A program made the position numbers and the translations under genes. Under the pieces are notes generated by a model that worked only from the letters and a program-made list of their open reading frames with translations, ran no database searches and had not been told where the DNA came from. Shown piece by piece: positions 26,162 through 36,084 of a DNA stretch of 64,000 nt. Positions within the stretch are counted from its first letter, which is position 1, and each line of letters begins with the position of its first letter. The DNA lies in NCBI GenBank assembly GCA_020058765.1, contig JAGVDM010000003.1, forward strand, positions 52,019 through 116,018, written 5' to 3'. Origin of the DNA: Candidatus Peribacterales bacterium (GTDB taxonomy: Bacteria > Patescibacteriota > Gracilibacteria > Peribacterales > Peribacteraceae).

Positions 26162-27109
26162 TTAGGCCATGTGCCCACCCTCGTGCTTGCCGCCAGACTG
26201 CAGGTAATTGAACACGCTATTGGCCGCTACGGCGCCCTCACCCGCAGCAGTAGCAAACTGTGCGAAGTGATTGCTGCCGCTCGTGACATCCCCTGCTCCA
26301 AATACGCCGGGCACCGTGGTCGCCATGGCTCCATCTACCTGCAGGAACCCCTTGGAATCCAATGCGCACCCGAGTGATTTGCCAAGCTCCGTAGAGGGCA
26401 ACGATCCGATCTCGATGAATACGCCATCCACCGCGAGGGTTTCCTGCCCCTCAAACGGCTTGTCGAGCTTCACTCCTGTCACGCGTTCGTTGCCCACGAT
26501 CTCCGCAACATTGCGCTCCAACACGAACGTGACGTTGTCGCGTGATTGTACGCGATCCACCCAGTAGGGCTCCGCTCGGAAATCGCTGCGCCGATGGATG
26601 AGGTACACCTGCTTGGCCACCTGCGCGACGATCGCAGCACCTTCCACTGCACTATCGCCACCACCGATCACCGCAACCGTTTTGTTGCGGTAGAAGAACG
26701 CATCGCACGTGGCACAGTACGTCACTCCTTTGCCAGAGAATTCCTCTTCGCCGGGTGCACCCAAATGGCGCTTACTAGAGCCCATGGCGAAGATGATTGT
26801 TTTGCCGTCGACAGTGTCTCCGCTCTCCAAATGGAGGCGGAATCCTCCATCGATCTTTTCGATGGATTTCACCCACGCGATCTTGTGAGTGACTAAGTCC
26901 CCAAAACTGAGGGCGTGATTCTTGAATCGTTCCATAAGATCGGGGCCGCGCACATCGATGTCGCCAGGCCAGTTGCCCACTTCGGCAGCCGTCATGCCCA
27001 TGCCACCTTCTTCGGCACCCACAATGAACGTGGAAAGCTTGTAGCGGGCGCTATACACCGCAGCGGTATAACCGGCGGCCCCTAGGCCAATGATCAGAAC
27101 GTCGTACAT
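26162..27109 (-). CDS. trxB: Thioredoxin-disulfide reductase
   Basis: YDVLIIGLGAAGYTAA, the redox CATC motif (CATCDAFF), and GGGDSAVEGA. Confidence 0.92.
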   Translation of the reverse strand: MYDVLIIGLGAAGYTAAVYSARYKLSTFIVGAEEGGMGMTAAEVGNWPGDIDVRGPDLMERFKNHALSFGDLVTHKIAWVKSIEKIDGGFRLHLESGDTVDGKTIIFAMGSSKRHLGAPGEEEFSGKGVTYCATCDAFFYRNKTVAVIGGGDSAVEGAAIVAQVAKQVYLIHRRSDFRAEPYWVDRVQSRDNVTFVLERNVAEIVGNERVTGVKLDKPFEGQETLAVDGVFIEIGSLPSTELGKSLGCALDSKGFLQVDGAMATTVPGVFGAGDVTSGSNHFAQFATAAGEGAVAANSVFNYLQSGGKHEGGHMA

Positions 27110-27184
27110 TGAGCGAAGAAAAAAGAGACACCACTAGAGTATCGGAGAATCCGATTCTCGGAAAATCTGATTGTGACAAAACCG

Positions 27185-28471
27185 TTAGAGCCACCCGCGT
27201 ACGCGCATGGCATCGAGCATGCGCTCGATCCCCACGGCGAATGCCGCATGACGGAAGCTCATGTTCTGACGACGGGCTTTGCGGCGTACCGCAGTGAATG
27301 CATCCAGCATCACGCGGCGGAGGCGCTCATCTACCTGTTCGGCCGTCCACTGTTCGCCGCTCCTGCCCTGTGACCATTCAAAGTAACTCACCGTTACTCC
27401 TCCGGCATTCGCCAACACATCGGGGATCACCATAATGTCGCGCTTCTCGAGGATGGCATCGGCCTCTGGTGTAGTGGGGCCGTTGGCAAGCTCCAGTACA
27501 TAGCGCGCTTTGATCTCTTTGGCGTTCTCCTTGGTGATCACGTTATCGAGCGCAGCGGGAATAAGCACGTCACACGGCAGCGTAAGGAGCTCTTCGTTGG
27601 TGACCTTGCGAACGTTATCCAGCTTCATGCGTTCGATATCGCACACAGACCCCTCGCAGTATTCGCCCGTTACCGAACCGGTCTTGTGCTTGTACTTTTC
27701 GATGCGCACCGGATCGAGACCTTCCTCTGCATATACGCCGCCCTGTGAATCGGAAATGCCAACGACTGTATAGCCAGCGTTGTGGAGGAAGTGCGCCATG
27801 TGCGCACCAGCGTTCCCGAACCCTTGAATAACGACTTTCAGTTCATCGGGGTCCAGCGCATCGCGGCTCACAAGCTCCTGCAGAATAAAGAACCCTCCGC
27901 GAGCAGTAGCAGTATCGCGACCAACTGATCCGCCGAAGGACATCGGCTTGCCAGTGATCATCGCCGGGCTGTAGCTGTTCGTGAGCTGTTCATATTCGTC
28001 GCGCATCCACGCCATGATCGTTGGTGTGGTGTTCACATCGGGTGCGGGGCAGTCGATATCGGGCCCCAAGTGATCTTTGAATGCACGAACGTACTCACGA
28101 GACACCGCTTGCAGCTCGCGCTTGGTGAGCTCCTTGGGGTTCACCTGCACACCACCCTTGGCTCCGCCAAAGGGAATACCTACCACTGCGGTCTTGATGG
28201 CCATGAGCGCTGCAAGCGCTTTCACTTCTTCTTCGTCGGCCTCGGCGTGGTAGCGAATGCCGCCTTTGTACGGACCACGGGCATTGTTGAACTGCACGCG
28301 GAATGCGTGATAGCTCTCTTTGCTCCCGTCATCGCGCGTAATGGTGATATCTTTCTTGTGTGTCTTCTGCGGCTCGGCAAACAGATCATTCTCGCCATCG
28401 GCAAGATCGAGTTCTTTGAGCACTGCAGAAAGCGTGTCTTGAAAACGGGAGTACGGCGTAGAAGCGGGCAT
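27185..28471 (-). CDS. gdhA: Glutamate dehydrogenase (Glu/Leu/Phe/Val dehydrogenase family)
   Basis: KGGIRYH, GGAKGG and GFGNAG are present. Confidence 0.92.
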   Translation of the reverse strand: MPASTPYSRFQDTLSAVLKELDLADGENDLFAEPQKTHKKDITITRDDGSKESYHAFRVQFNNARGPYKGGIRYHAEADEEEVKALAALMAIKTAVVGIPFGGAKGGVQVNPKELTKRELQAVSREYVRAFKDHLGPDIDCPAPDVNTTPTIMAWMRDEYEQLTNSYSPAMITGKPMSFGGSVGRDTATARGGFFILQELVSRDALDPDELKVVIQGFGNAGAHMAHFLHNAGYTVVGISDSQGGVYAEEGLDPVRIEKYKHKTGSVTGEYCEGSVCDIERMKLDNVRKVTNEELLTLPCDVLIPAALDNVITKENAKEIKARYVLELANGPTTPEADAILEKRDIMVIPDVLANAGGVTVSYFEWSQGRSGEQWTAEQVDERLRRVMLDAFTAVRRKARRQNMSFRHAAFAVGIERMLDAMRVRGWL

Positions 28472-28560
28472 GGATCAAAAGAAGTGAGAAGATGTGCGAT
28501 CAGCATACTCGGCGCACCGCAAAACACAGGTAGACGGAGAAGACTGAAACTCACTCTTGC

Positions 28561-29349
28561 TCAATGCAGCAGTTCAAACAGCCACGCAAACAGGCGTGCC
28601 GCTCCTTCGGGCAAGCGTGGACCAGGTCTGTTGAGGAGCGAATCATCGATCACGCGCACGCACCCTGCTTGCACGGCCGGGAGTGCATCCCACCCTGGGC
28701 GCTTGGTGAGGAGTGTTGGATCGGCGAGTGCGCCCGCACCACACCAACTCACCACAATGAGCTCGGGGTTGAACGCCTGCACTTGCGCGAGTGTCACCTC
28801 GGGGCTCAACGCGCCTGCGGCAACGGGGTACGGCTCACCACCGGCAATGCGTACCATTTCGGGCACCCAGTTGCCCGAAGCAAACGGCGGCTGGTGCCAT
28901 TCTTCTATGTACACACGCGGCTTGCGCGGCAAAAGCGCACCTTTACGCTTGATGTCGTTGAACCCCTGCTGCATGCGCAAGATGAGCTCCCCTGCCGCCT
29001 TGTCGCACCCAACAATTGTGCCAAGCAGGCGAATCCATTCGTAGATCTGCGCAAGCGTGCGCGGATCGTGATACACCACGGGCAGCTCTGCTGCGCGTAG
29101 CTTCTCTGCGAGCTTGGCCTGGATGGATGTACCCAGAAGCACTGCCTCCGGGGCATGCGTGCGCAGTGCTTCCGCGTCCACGTCGGTCATGCCGCGCAAG
29201 TGCGCAAGCGCACGCGCGGCGGGTGGTTCATTGCTAAATTGATCCGTGCACACAATTTGCTCCCCTGCGCCCAATGCAAACAGAATTTCTGTAGAGGCCG
29301 GCGAGAGCGATGCAATGCGCACGCCGTGAAGTATACGGAATGCTTGCAC
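28561..29349 (-). CDS. BtuF / helical-backbone periplasmic-binding-protein-fold protein (no obvious signal peptide)
   Basis: RIASLSPASTEILFALGAGEQIV..D and the C-terminal PGPR resemble cobalamin/siderophore-binding proteins. No permease or ATPase gene is adjacent. Confidence 0.65.
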   Translation of the reverse strand: MQAFRILHGVRIASLSPASTEILFALGAGEQIVCTDQFSNEPPAARALAHLRGMTDVDAEALRTHAPEAVLLGTSIQAKLAEKLRAAELPVVYHDPRTLAQIYEWIRLLGTIVGCDKAAGELILRMQQGFNDIKRKGALLPRKPRVYIEEWHQPPFASGNWVPEMVRIAGGEPYPVAAGALSPEVTLAQVQAFNPELIVVSWCGAGALADPTLLTKRPGWDALPAVQAGCVRVIDDSLLNRPGPRLPEGAARLFAWLFELLH

Positions 29350-29385
29350 GTCTCGCCTGGATAGTTAGAGTGACCCCCTTCTCTC

Positions 29386-30582
29386 TTGCAGCCCATGAGC
29401 AACGGAAAGCACTTCGGCATCCTCGCGAGCGGCGGCAACTGCCCGGGTATAGACGTGGTGGTGCGCAGCTTTATTGAGCAAGCGCAGGATGATGGAAATG
29501 AGGTGTACCCCATCCACAACGGGCTCAACGGACTGCTTGTAAAGCAACAGCTCACGGCGTATCCACTCATGACGCGCTTTCAGCTACAGGAGCTATTTAA
29601 TGGTCATGGCTCCAAGCTTGGTTGCTCACGAGACTTCATTGGCCCACAGCATGCCGAGCGCGCCGCACGCACGATTGCTGAATATGTAGAAGAGTACGGC
29701 CTGGAAACACTCTGCGTGATTGGCGGCGACGGATCTGCAGCAGGTACCAAACATGCCATCGATGCCATGGATACGATCGGCAAGGTGCAGAAGCCAGGCA
29801 TCGTGCTGGCACCCAAGACGATTGATAACGACCTACTGCGCACCGAGCGTACGTTCGGTCACCGCACGGCGGTAGCGAATATTGCGTGGAACCTGCGCAC
29901 TATTCGTAACGATGCCATGAGCCACAAGCGGGTGAACTTGGTGCAAGTGCCCGGGCGCGAAGCGGGCTGGCTGGCACTCCGCGGTGGCAAATCTGGCGGC
30001 GCAGACTACACGCTCATCCCCGAGCAACCCGTGCCAGTAGAAGAGATCTGCCAACGCATAGTGGATCTGTATGCTGCACAGCAACACGTGATCGTGTGCG
30101 TGGGGGAAGGGTTCGTACCGGAAGGTGTGGAGGAAAAAGATGTAAAGACCACAGACGAGAACGGCAACAACGGCAGGTTCACCCCGGCAGCCTACCTTGC
30201 GGGCAAGCTCAACGAGCAAATGGCTGGCCAGTTCCCACACATCAATAGCGAAAAACTACCTGCGCGCGCCGTATCTATCGACTCCGAGCAGCTGCGCGGA
30301 CTACCACCCACTCCTACAGACATTATTTTCTGCGAAGAAGTAGGCGCTACGGCAGCGCACTTGGCCAACGAAGGCATTCGCGATGTGGCGATTGTGCGCA
30401 AACACGGCGAAGTGGACGTTGTGCCGCTCGCAACGATCGTCGGTGGGGCACGCGGTGTGCCCGAAGGTGCGTATGACCGTCAGAAACTCCGCATGCGCGA
30501 CATCCCCGGCGGCTTCGATGCGCGACTACAACACTACAAGCAATCGCTGATCAACGACGAAAGTGGTACACTCCCGTCATGA
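29386..30582 (+). CDS. pfk: 6-phosphofructokinase (ATP- or PPi-dependent)
   Basis: GILASGGNCPGID, VIGGDGS and PKTIDNDL are present. Confidence 0.88.
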   Translation: MQPMSNGKHFGILASGGNCPGIDVVVRSFIEQAQDDGNEVYPIHNGLNGLLVKQQLTAYPLMTRFQLQELFNGHGSKLGCSRDFIGPQHAERAARTIAEYVEEYGLETLCVIGGDGSAAGTKHAIDAMDTIGKVQKPGIVLAPKTIDNDLLRTERTFGHRTAVANIAWNLRTIRNDAMSHKRVNLVQVPGREAGWLALRGGKSGGADYTLIPEQPVPVEEICQRIVDLYAAQQHVIVCVGEGFVPEGVEEKDVKTTDENGNNGRFTPAAYLAGKLNEQMAGQFPHINSEKLPARAVSIDSEQLRGLPPTPTDIIFCEEVGATAAHLANEGIRDVAIVRKHGEVDVVPLATIVGGARGVPEGAYDRQKLRMRDIPGGFDARLQHYKQSLINDESGTLPS

Positions 30583-31187
30583 AGCGCCTTTCCTCACTGA
30601 TTCTTTGCACCGCAATGCTTGCTGCGTGCACTCCTGCCGTACCGCAAAAGCCCGAGCAGCCACCGGTACCGCCAGTGCAACAAGAACCACTGAGTCTTGA
30701 GCAAACCGCAGAAGATATTCTGATGACACTGAAGTCCGAGGACATTGCCGCATTTGCACAGTACGTACACCCTGTAGATGGTGTGCGCTTTACGCCGTAC
30801 ACATACGTACAGGAAAGCGACATCGTGCTGCTCGCCGAGAACATTGTAACTCAGTACGAGGGCGACACCGTGTACACGTGGGGCAGCTTTGATGGATCTG
30901 GTGATCCGATCGGCCTCACCTTCTCCCAGTACATCGATCAGTTCGTCTGGACGCAGGACTTCACCCAAGCAGAAGATGTTCTGTGGGATGATCCTCAATC
31001 ACGCGGCAATGGCATCAACAATGCTGTGGAATTCTACGGACCAGAAGCCCGGATAGTGGAGTACCACTTCCCAGGCTTTGATCCACAGTACGAAGGAATG
31101 GATTGGCAGAGCTTGCGCCTCGTACTCAAGCAGCACGATGGCAACTGGAAGCTCGTGGGAATCATCCACGATCAGTGGACGATTTAA
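30579..31187 (+). CDS. Hypothetical lipoprotein
   Basis: Lipobox LAAC. There is an ATGA start/stop overlap with pfk. Confidence 0.6.
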   Translation: MKRLSSLILCTAMLAACTPAVPQKPEQPPVPPVQQEPLSLEQTAEDILMTLKSEDIAAFAQYVHPVDGVRFTPYTYVQESDIVLLAENIVTQYEGDTVYTWGSFDGSGDPIGLTFSQYIDQFVWTQDFTQAEDVLWDDPQSRGNGINNAVEFYGPEARIVEYHFPGFDPQYEGMDWQSLRLVLKQHDGNWKLVGIIHDQWTI

Positions 31188-31882
31188 GAAGAAACAGAAG
31201 ACGTAGACGATGTATCGAAGCGTTCCTCAGGAATAGCTTCATCGCGTGTGGTCGGCCCCACTACACGATGTGTAGATACAGGGCGACCCGTTGCTGATCG
31301 TGGCAATACAGACGCGGGGTTGACGAACGCCTCCAGTTCCTCGGCGGATTCCACGTAGCCGCGCATATCTGTATCTGCACCGCGGTGAATGCCGAGGTGC
31401 AGATGTTTGCGGTTCCACCCGCTCCAGAGCGTGCGATGCGCGGCAAGTATGCCAAGTTGTTCTCCGGCTTTAGGCGTTTCGCCTTCGGGCATCATGTCCT
31501 CTTGTGCCAAGTGGCCGTAGAGCACAGTCACCTCTTCGTTCTCAATCATGCATCGCTGTACCAGCAAACCGCCATACCCCTCGGCAAAGCCGCTGTAGAG
31601 CACGGAGCCGTCGCAAATAGCATAGACCGGCACATCTGTACGCAATTCACTCTCGCGAATTTCGTAGTCCAACCCCGCGTGGTAGCCGGTGAATCGTTCC
31701 GGCGGATCGATAGGGTTGTGCTCGCCATCGGGCGTAACGTACATGCCAAATAGCAGTGCAGTAGGGCGAGTGCGCGCATCGCTAATGGGCGCAGGCAATC
31801 CGTTGCCTATGCAGCCCGTAAGCAGAAGGCCTACGAGCATAGGCGCGTAGAGCGCAAGGTATGGGAAGGAAGTGGAACGCAT
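31184..31882 (-). CDS. M23-family (LytM-type) peptidoglycan endopeptidase lipoprotein
   Basis: Lipobox LTGC, with the HxxxD block YHAGLDY and HLHLGIH. Confidence 0.8.
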   Translation of the reverse strand: MRSTSFPYLALYAPMLVGLLLTGCIGNGLPAPISDARTRPTALLFGMYVTPDGEHNPIDPPERFTGYHAGLDYEIRESELRTDVPVYAICDGSVLYSGFAEGYGGLLVQRCMIENEEVTVLYGHLAQEDMMPEGETPKAGEQLGILAAHRTLWSGWNRKHLHLGIHRGADTDMRGYVESAEELEAFVNPASVLPRSATGRPVSTHRVVGPTTRDEAIPEERFDTSSTSSVSS

Positions 31883-31912
31883 AACAAGGAGGAGAAAATC
31901 GAATGAGAGCGA

Positions 31913-32110
31913 TTACTGCGCAGTGGTGTCGCTCCCCTGATCGGCATCAGGGAGTACATCCACATTGATCACGGAAGGATTTTGCGGTGTGTCTTCCGCG
32001 CGCTGTTCCAAGAACTGAAAGGCGGAGTAAGCAATGAAGACCACTGCACCAACGGCGACAATCGCCACAAGAATATTGACGAAGGCATTCTGATTCTGCG
32101 TGTTTTCCAT
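31913..32110 (-). CDS. Small single-pass membrane protein
   Basis: MENTQNQNAFVNILVAIVAVGAVVFIAY..., with the ATG at 32110. Confidence 0.4.
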   Translation of the reverse strand: MENTQNQNAFVNILVAIVAVGAVVFIAYSAFQFLEQRAEDTPQNPSVINVDVLPDADQGSDTTAQ

Positions 32111-32135
32111 GGGAAAAAGGGGGAGAAAGAAAAAA

Positions 32136-32381
32136 TTAATCAGCACGACGAACGAGACCGGCAAGACCCAGCAAGAGCATGGCGCCCACAACCGACATGG
32201 CGAGGGAACCAACCGTGCCGTAGGCATGCAGGTTCAGCAGGCCAAACACGGCATTGCCGATCACTGCGCCAAGGATACCCAGGATCAGGTTGCCAATAAG
32301 GCCGAACCCGCGACCCTTCACAAGCACGCCGGCAAGCCAGCCTGCAACAATACCGATAATGATGATCCAAAGAAGATCCAT
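32136..32381 (-). CDS. GlsB/YeaQ/YmgE-family (transglycosylase-associated) membrane protein
   Basis: MDLLWIIIIGIVAGWLAG....G.GLIGNLILGILGAVIG is typical of this family. Confidence 0.75.
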   Translation of the reverse strand: MDLLWIIIIGIVAGWLAGVLVKGRGFGLIGNLILGILGAVIGNAVFGLLNLHAYGTVGSLAMSVVGAMLLLGLAGLVRRAD

Positions 32382-32420
32382 ACGAAAAGGGGGAAGTGCT
32401 ACACACACGAAGACGGACAA

Positions 32421-32885
32421 ATGTGCGTATTCTTACAAAACCCTTTTAATACGTGTGGCACCATACATATCGTGCACACGCGTTCTGTAGCTTTGGCACT
32501 CCTGCTCTGCAGTGTATTGAGTGCATGCGTGCAACCAGCGGCCACACCTACGCCCGTGCTGCAGCCCACAGCATCTGGCTCCACCACCCATCTGCTGCCA
32601 CATATACAAGAGACGCATTTGGAGATGCGCGAGAACTACCGCGAAGCAGTAGATCTGCTCGACCGCATGCGCAGAGTGCCCGAACTTGCAGAGGAATATG
32701 CCCTGCTAGAAAAGTACGTTGAGTCACTGAATCAAGACCTCACGGTATTGGACAAACTGGAAGCCATTGCACAGCAACGTGCGCTTACGCAGCAAGAAGC
32801 AGACGATTACCGCCAACGCCGCCGCGACTGGCGTGCCCGGTCAACAGTCGTGTTCAGTGCAGTGGGACAGGGGCTTTCGGAGTGA
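32421..32885 (+). CDS. Hypothetical lipoprotein (coiled coil)
   Basis: Lipobox LSAC. The ATG at 32421 was chosen inside the longer ORF. Confidence 0.5.
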   Translation: MCVFLQNPFNTCGTIHIVHTRSVALALLLCSVLSACVQPAATPTPVLQPTASGSTTHLLPHIQETHLEMRENYREAVDLLDRMRRVPELAEEYALLEKYVESLNQDLTVLDKLEAIAQQRALTQQEADDYRQRRRDWRARSTVVFSAVGQGLSE

Positions 32886-32886
32886 G

Positions 32887-32972
32887 TGGTGCCATGGGAG
32901 GGACTCGAACCCTCAATCCCTTGCGAGAACGCGATTTTGAGTCGCGCGCGTATACCATTCCGCCACCATGGC
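32887..32972 (-). tRNA. tRNA-Leu (anticodon CAA), long variable arm, CCA encoded
   Basis: The reverse complement folds as GCCATGG/CCATGGC acceptor, anticodon arm CGCGA-CTCAAAA-TCGCG, a variable arm, and T arm GAGGG-TTCGAGT-CCCTC. Confidence 0.93.
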
Positions 32973-33488
32973 AAAGGGCTGCGTAGATCATCTCATGAAT
33001 TTTTGGTTACGCATATATTTCTTCCCTCTGTTCTTTTTGTACCCAAAAAGAACCAAAAAGGTTCGCTCCTGTGATTGCTCACGGAGCAGCCTTTCCCAAT
33101 TGCTCCGCTACAAAAATGATCCCACTCCGCTCCGCCGCTCCGCATTTTTGCCACGCTCCGCAATTGGAGGCTGCAACCGCTCACAATCAATGTCGCGATT
33201 GATGAACGGTATTTCATTACTCGTTCCCCACACCCGCAAAATGCAGTGCGCAGCAAACAAAGATCAAGACTGCTGTACGCAACATACTGCAGGACTGTTG
33301 TACGTATGGTGAGTGTTTGCGAGCATCATTTTGCGGTGATTTTTCTTTGGTTCTTTCTTTTCATGGAAGGAAAAGAATGAAGGGAAAAGACACTTTTGCG
33401 CGCAGTACCCTGGTAGTTCCTTGCTCATCGCAAAAATACCCAATGTCCGTGCAGGTAAACGCGACAAAGTCGGGTATGCTGCATCTAC

Positions 33489-34814
33489 ATGAAACAGTTC
33501 AATACATTCACCTTCGAAGGGTACGACCTCGACCGCGAAAGCGGCACTGTTTCGCTGCGCTATAACCTGGATGGCACAACCGAATTCACCGAAAAGCTGC
33601 TCCTCCCCACAAAGGGAATGGTGCGGTACGACGAGCATACGGTGGATCGGGCACTGCATACGCTGCACCTGTTTGGCGGGGCCAGTTACTACAAAACCTG
33701 CTGCCCCAAGACAATTGCAATACACACTGCACCCCTCACTGCGGAGCGTGCAGCATTCTGGAACACCGTGTACCAAAAGGGTTTGGGAGAATTCTTCTAC
33801 AAGAACAAGGTAGATTTCCGTGGGCTCATTGCCTTCCCCGCAACAGCGAGCAACACGCCAGAAGTAGATGGCAAGCCACGTGCAGCGGGTAAGCGCGTGC
33901 TGGTGCCAATTGGTGGCGGCAAAGATTCCACGGTAACAGTGGAGCTCCTCAAGGCTGCCGGGTTCGACGTCACGCTCCTGCGCATGGGTAGCCACCCGAT
34001 TATTACGGAGACTGCGCGGATTGCGGGTGTGCCGATGCTCACAGTGGAGCGTCACCTCTCTGGTGCGCTGTTCGACCTCAATGCGCAGGGTGCACTCAAC
34101 GGTCATGTGCCTATTACGGGGTACCTCTCTGCACTCTCTGTGTTGGTGGCACTCCTGTATGGGTTCGATTCCGTGGCGTTTAGCAATGAGCAAAGTGCCA
34201 GCGAGGGCAACGTGGAGTACTTGGGTATGGAAGTAAACCACCAGTGGAGCAAGAGCGTGGAATTTGAGCGGATGTTCCAGGAATACCTTGCAGATTTCGT
34301 CACTACGGATGTGCAGTACTTCAGCCTGCTACGGCCATGGAGCGAGCTCAAAATTGCACAGGCGTTCAGCAAGTATCCGCAGTACTTCCCGGTTACCACA
34401 AGCTGCAACGCCAACTGGCGTGTGCTCAAGGAACGCCCAAAGGAACGCTGGTGCGGGGCGTGCCCCAAGTGCGCATTCGCATTCGCGGTGCTCGCAGCGT
34501 GGGTGCCAGCCGACGATTTGATCAACGCCTTTGGCGCCAATCTGTTTGAGAGCGATGCACTGCTGCCAACGTTCGACGAGCTGCTGGGTGTATCTGGTAA
34601 TAAGCCGTTTGAGTGTGTGGGCACGCCGGAGGAAACACGTGCGGCGTTCCTACTCGCCGCACGGCAGGAAGCATTTGCCCACACTGCGGCAATGCAGCTG
34701 TTTGAAGCGGAATGCCGGCGCGATATTGCCGATGCGGATGCACTCATTGCCGATGCACTCGAACCAAGCGACGATCACGCCGTTCCTCCTGCATATCTCC
34801 ATGCGCTTGTCTGA
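33489..34814 (+). CDS. murL: PP-loop (GGGKDS) ATP-pyrophosphatase-fold protein; candidate MurL-type UDP-MurNAc-L-Ala-L-Glu epimerase
   Basis: PP-loop VPIGGGKDS, a C-terminal CGACPKC motif, and a 14-nt overlap with the murD start. The family assignment rests on context plus my recollection of MurL/MurD2 pairing. Confidence 0.55.
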   Translation: MKQFNTFTFEGYDLDRESGTVSLRYNLDGTTEFTEKLLLPTKGMVRYDEHTVDRALHTLHLFGGASYYKTCCPKTIAIHTAPLTAERAAFWNTVYQKGLGEFFYKNKVDFRGLIAFPATASNTPEVDGKPRAAGKRVLVPIGGGKDSTVTVELLKAAGFDVTLLRMGSHPIITETARIAGVPMLTVERHLSGALFDLNAQGALNGHVPITGYLSALSVLVALLYGFDSVAFSNEQSASEGNVEYLGMEVNHQWSKSVEFERMFQEYLADFVTTDVQYFSLLRPWSELKIAQAFSKYPQYFPVTTSCNANWRVLKERPKERWCGACPKCAFAFAVLAAWVPADDLINAFGANLFESDALLPTFDELLGVSGNKPFECVGTPEETRAAFLLAARQEAFAHTAAMQLFEAECRRDIADADALIADALEPSDDHAVPPAYLHALV

Positions 34815-36084
34815 ACTGAGCGGCAAAAAGGTGTGCATTCTCGGCTTTGGCCGAGAGGGCAGGGCGATGCTTGCCGCCATTGAGCGCGATGCGCCAGAGG
34901 CAGAAGTGACGATTGCAGATATCAACTCCACAATCAGTGTTCCAGAGCGTCACGGGAAGCAAGTAGGTGAAGGCTGGCTCCAGAACTTGCAGCACTTCGA
35001 TGTGATCATCCGGTCGCCGGGTATTCCACCACAGCCCGCGCTGCACGCTGTAAAAGACAAACTTACGAACACAACACAGATCTTCTTGGATACTGTTGCA
35101 GGAACAGGAGCAGTGGTGATCGGCATTACGGGCTCAAAAGGCAAAAGCACTACATCGAGCCTGATTCATCACATTCTTCAGGAGGGCGGCCGCGAGAGCC
35201 TGCTTGTAGGCAACATTGGCGAACCAGCAATCGCCCACATCGATGCAGCCAAAGACGGCATGATCTTCGTACACGAAATGAGCAGTTACCAGCTCATGGA
35301 TGTGCATTCTAGTCCTGCGATGGCCGTGATCACGGCGTTCTTCCCGGAGCATTTGGATTACCACGGTTCACTGGATGCCTACCGCGATGCAAAAACGAAC
35401 ATTGGGCGCTTTCAGGAACCTGAAGATGTGATCTTCTACGATGCGGCATCGGAAGGTGCTCGCATGATCGCCGAGGAAAGCCAAGGACGCAAAGTACCAT
35501 TCACCATGAACGACTGTCCCGTTGCCATACAAGAAACACAGCTCATTGGGGCGCATAATCTGCGCAACATGGGTGCGGCATTCTTGGTGGCTCGGTCACT
35601 CAGTATTCCGGTGGAAACATGCATAAGCGCTCTGCGTTCTTTTAAGCCGCTCCCCCATCGCCTGCAATTGGTGAGCGAAGCGAAGGGCATTCGTTGGGTG
35701 GACGACGCCATTTCCACCACACCGGAATCTGCCATTGCAGCAATTGATGCGCTCGACGGACACGTGGGCAGCATTATTTTGGGCGGGCAGGATCGCGGCT
35801 ACGACTTTGCCCCACTCGGGGAACGCATTGCGCATTCCACGATCGCCACAGTGATTTTGGTACCAGATAGCGGCACAACAATTGAAGCGGCACTGCGCAG
35901 TGCCAAGGCAAAAGCGCACATTGAGCATGCGCCAACTATGCAGGAGGCCGTGCGACTTGCCGCACTGCACACACCCAAAGGAACTACGTGCCTGCTTTCT
36001 CCAGCATCACCCAGCTACAACATGTTCAAGAACTTCGAAGAACGAGGGCGCGTGTTCGCAGAATCCATCGCAGCACTCGCTTAG
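34801..36084 (+). CDS. murD: UDP-N-acetylmuramoyl-L-alanine-glutamate ligase (MurD; possibly MurD2 type)
   Basis: KKVCILGFGREG and GITGSKGKSTT are present, with Mur ligase middle and C-terminal domains. I chose the ATG at 34801 inside the longer ORF. Confidence 0.88.
   Translation: MRLSELSGKKVCILGFGREGRAMLAAIERDAPEAEVTIADINSTISVPERHGKQVGEGWLQNLQHFDVIIRSPGIPPQPALHAVKDKLTNTTQIFLDTVAGTGAVVIGITGSKGKSTTSSLIHHILQEGGRESLLVGNIGEPAIAHIDAAKDGMIFVHEMSSYQLMDVHSSPAMAVITAFFPEHLDYHGSLDAYRDAKTNIGRFQEPEDVIFYDAASEGARMIAEESQGRKVPFTMNDCPVAIQETQLIGAHNLRNMGAAFLVARSLSIPVETCISALRSFKPLPHRLQLVSEAKGIRWVDDAISTTPESAIAAIDALDGHVGSIILGGQDRGYDFAPLGERIAHSTIATVILVPDSGTTIEAALRSAKAKAHIEHAPTMQEAVRLAALHTPKGTTCLLSPASPSYNMFKNFEERGRVFAESIAALA

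Noticed and set aside
33264-34241. 325-aa minus-strand ORF.
   Set aside because: It is antisense to the murL-like gene, which has a PP-loop motif and operon context. The remainder falls in the non-coding spacer.
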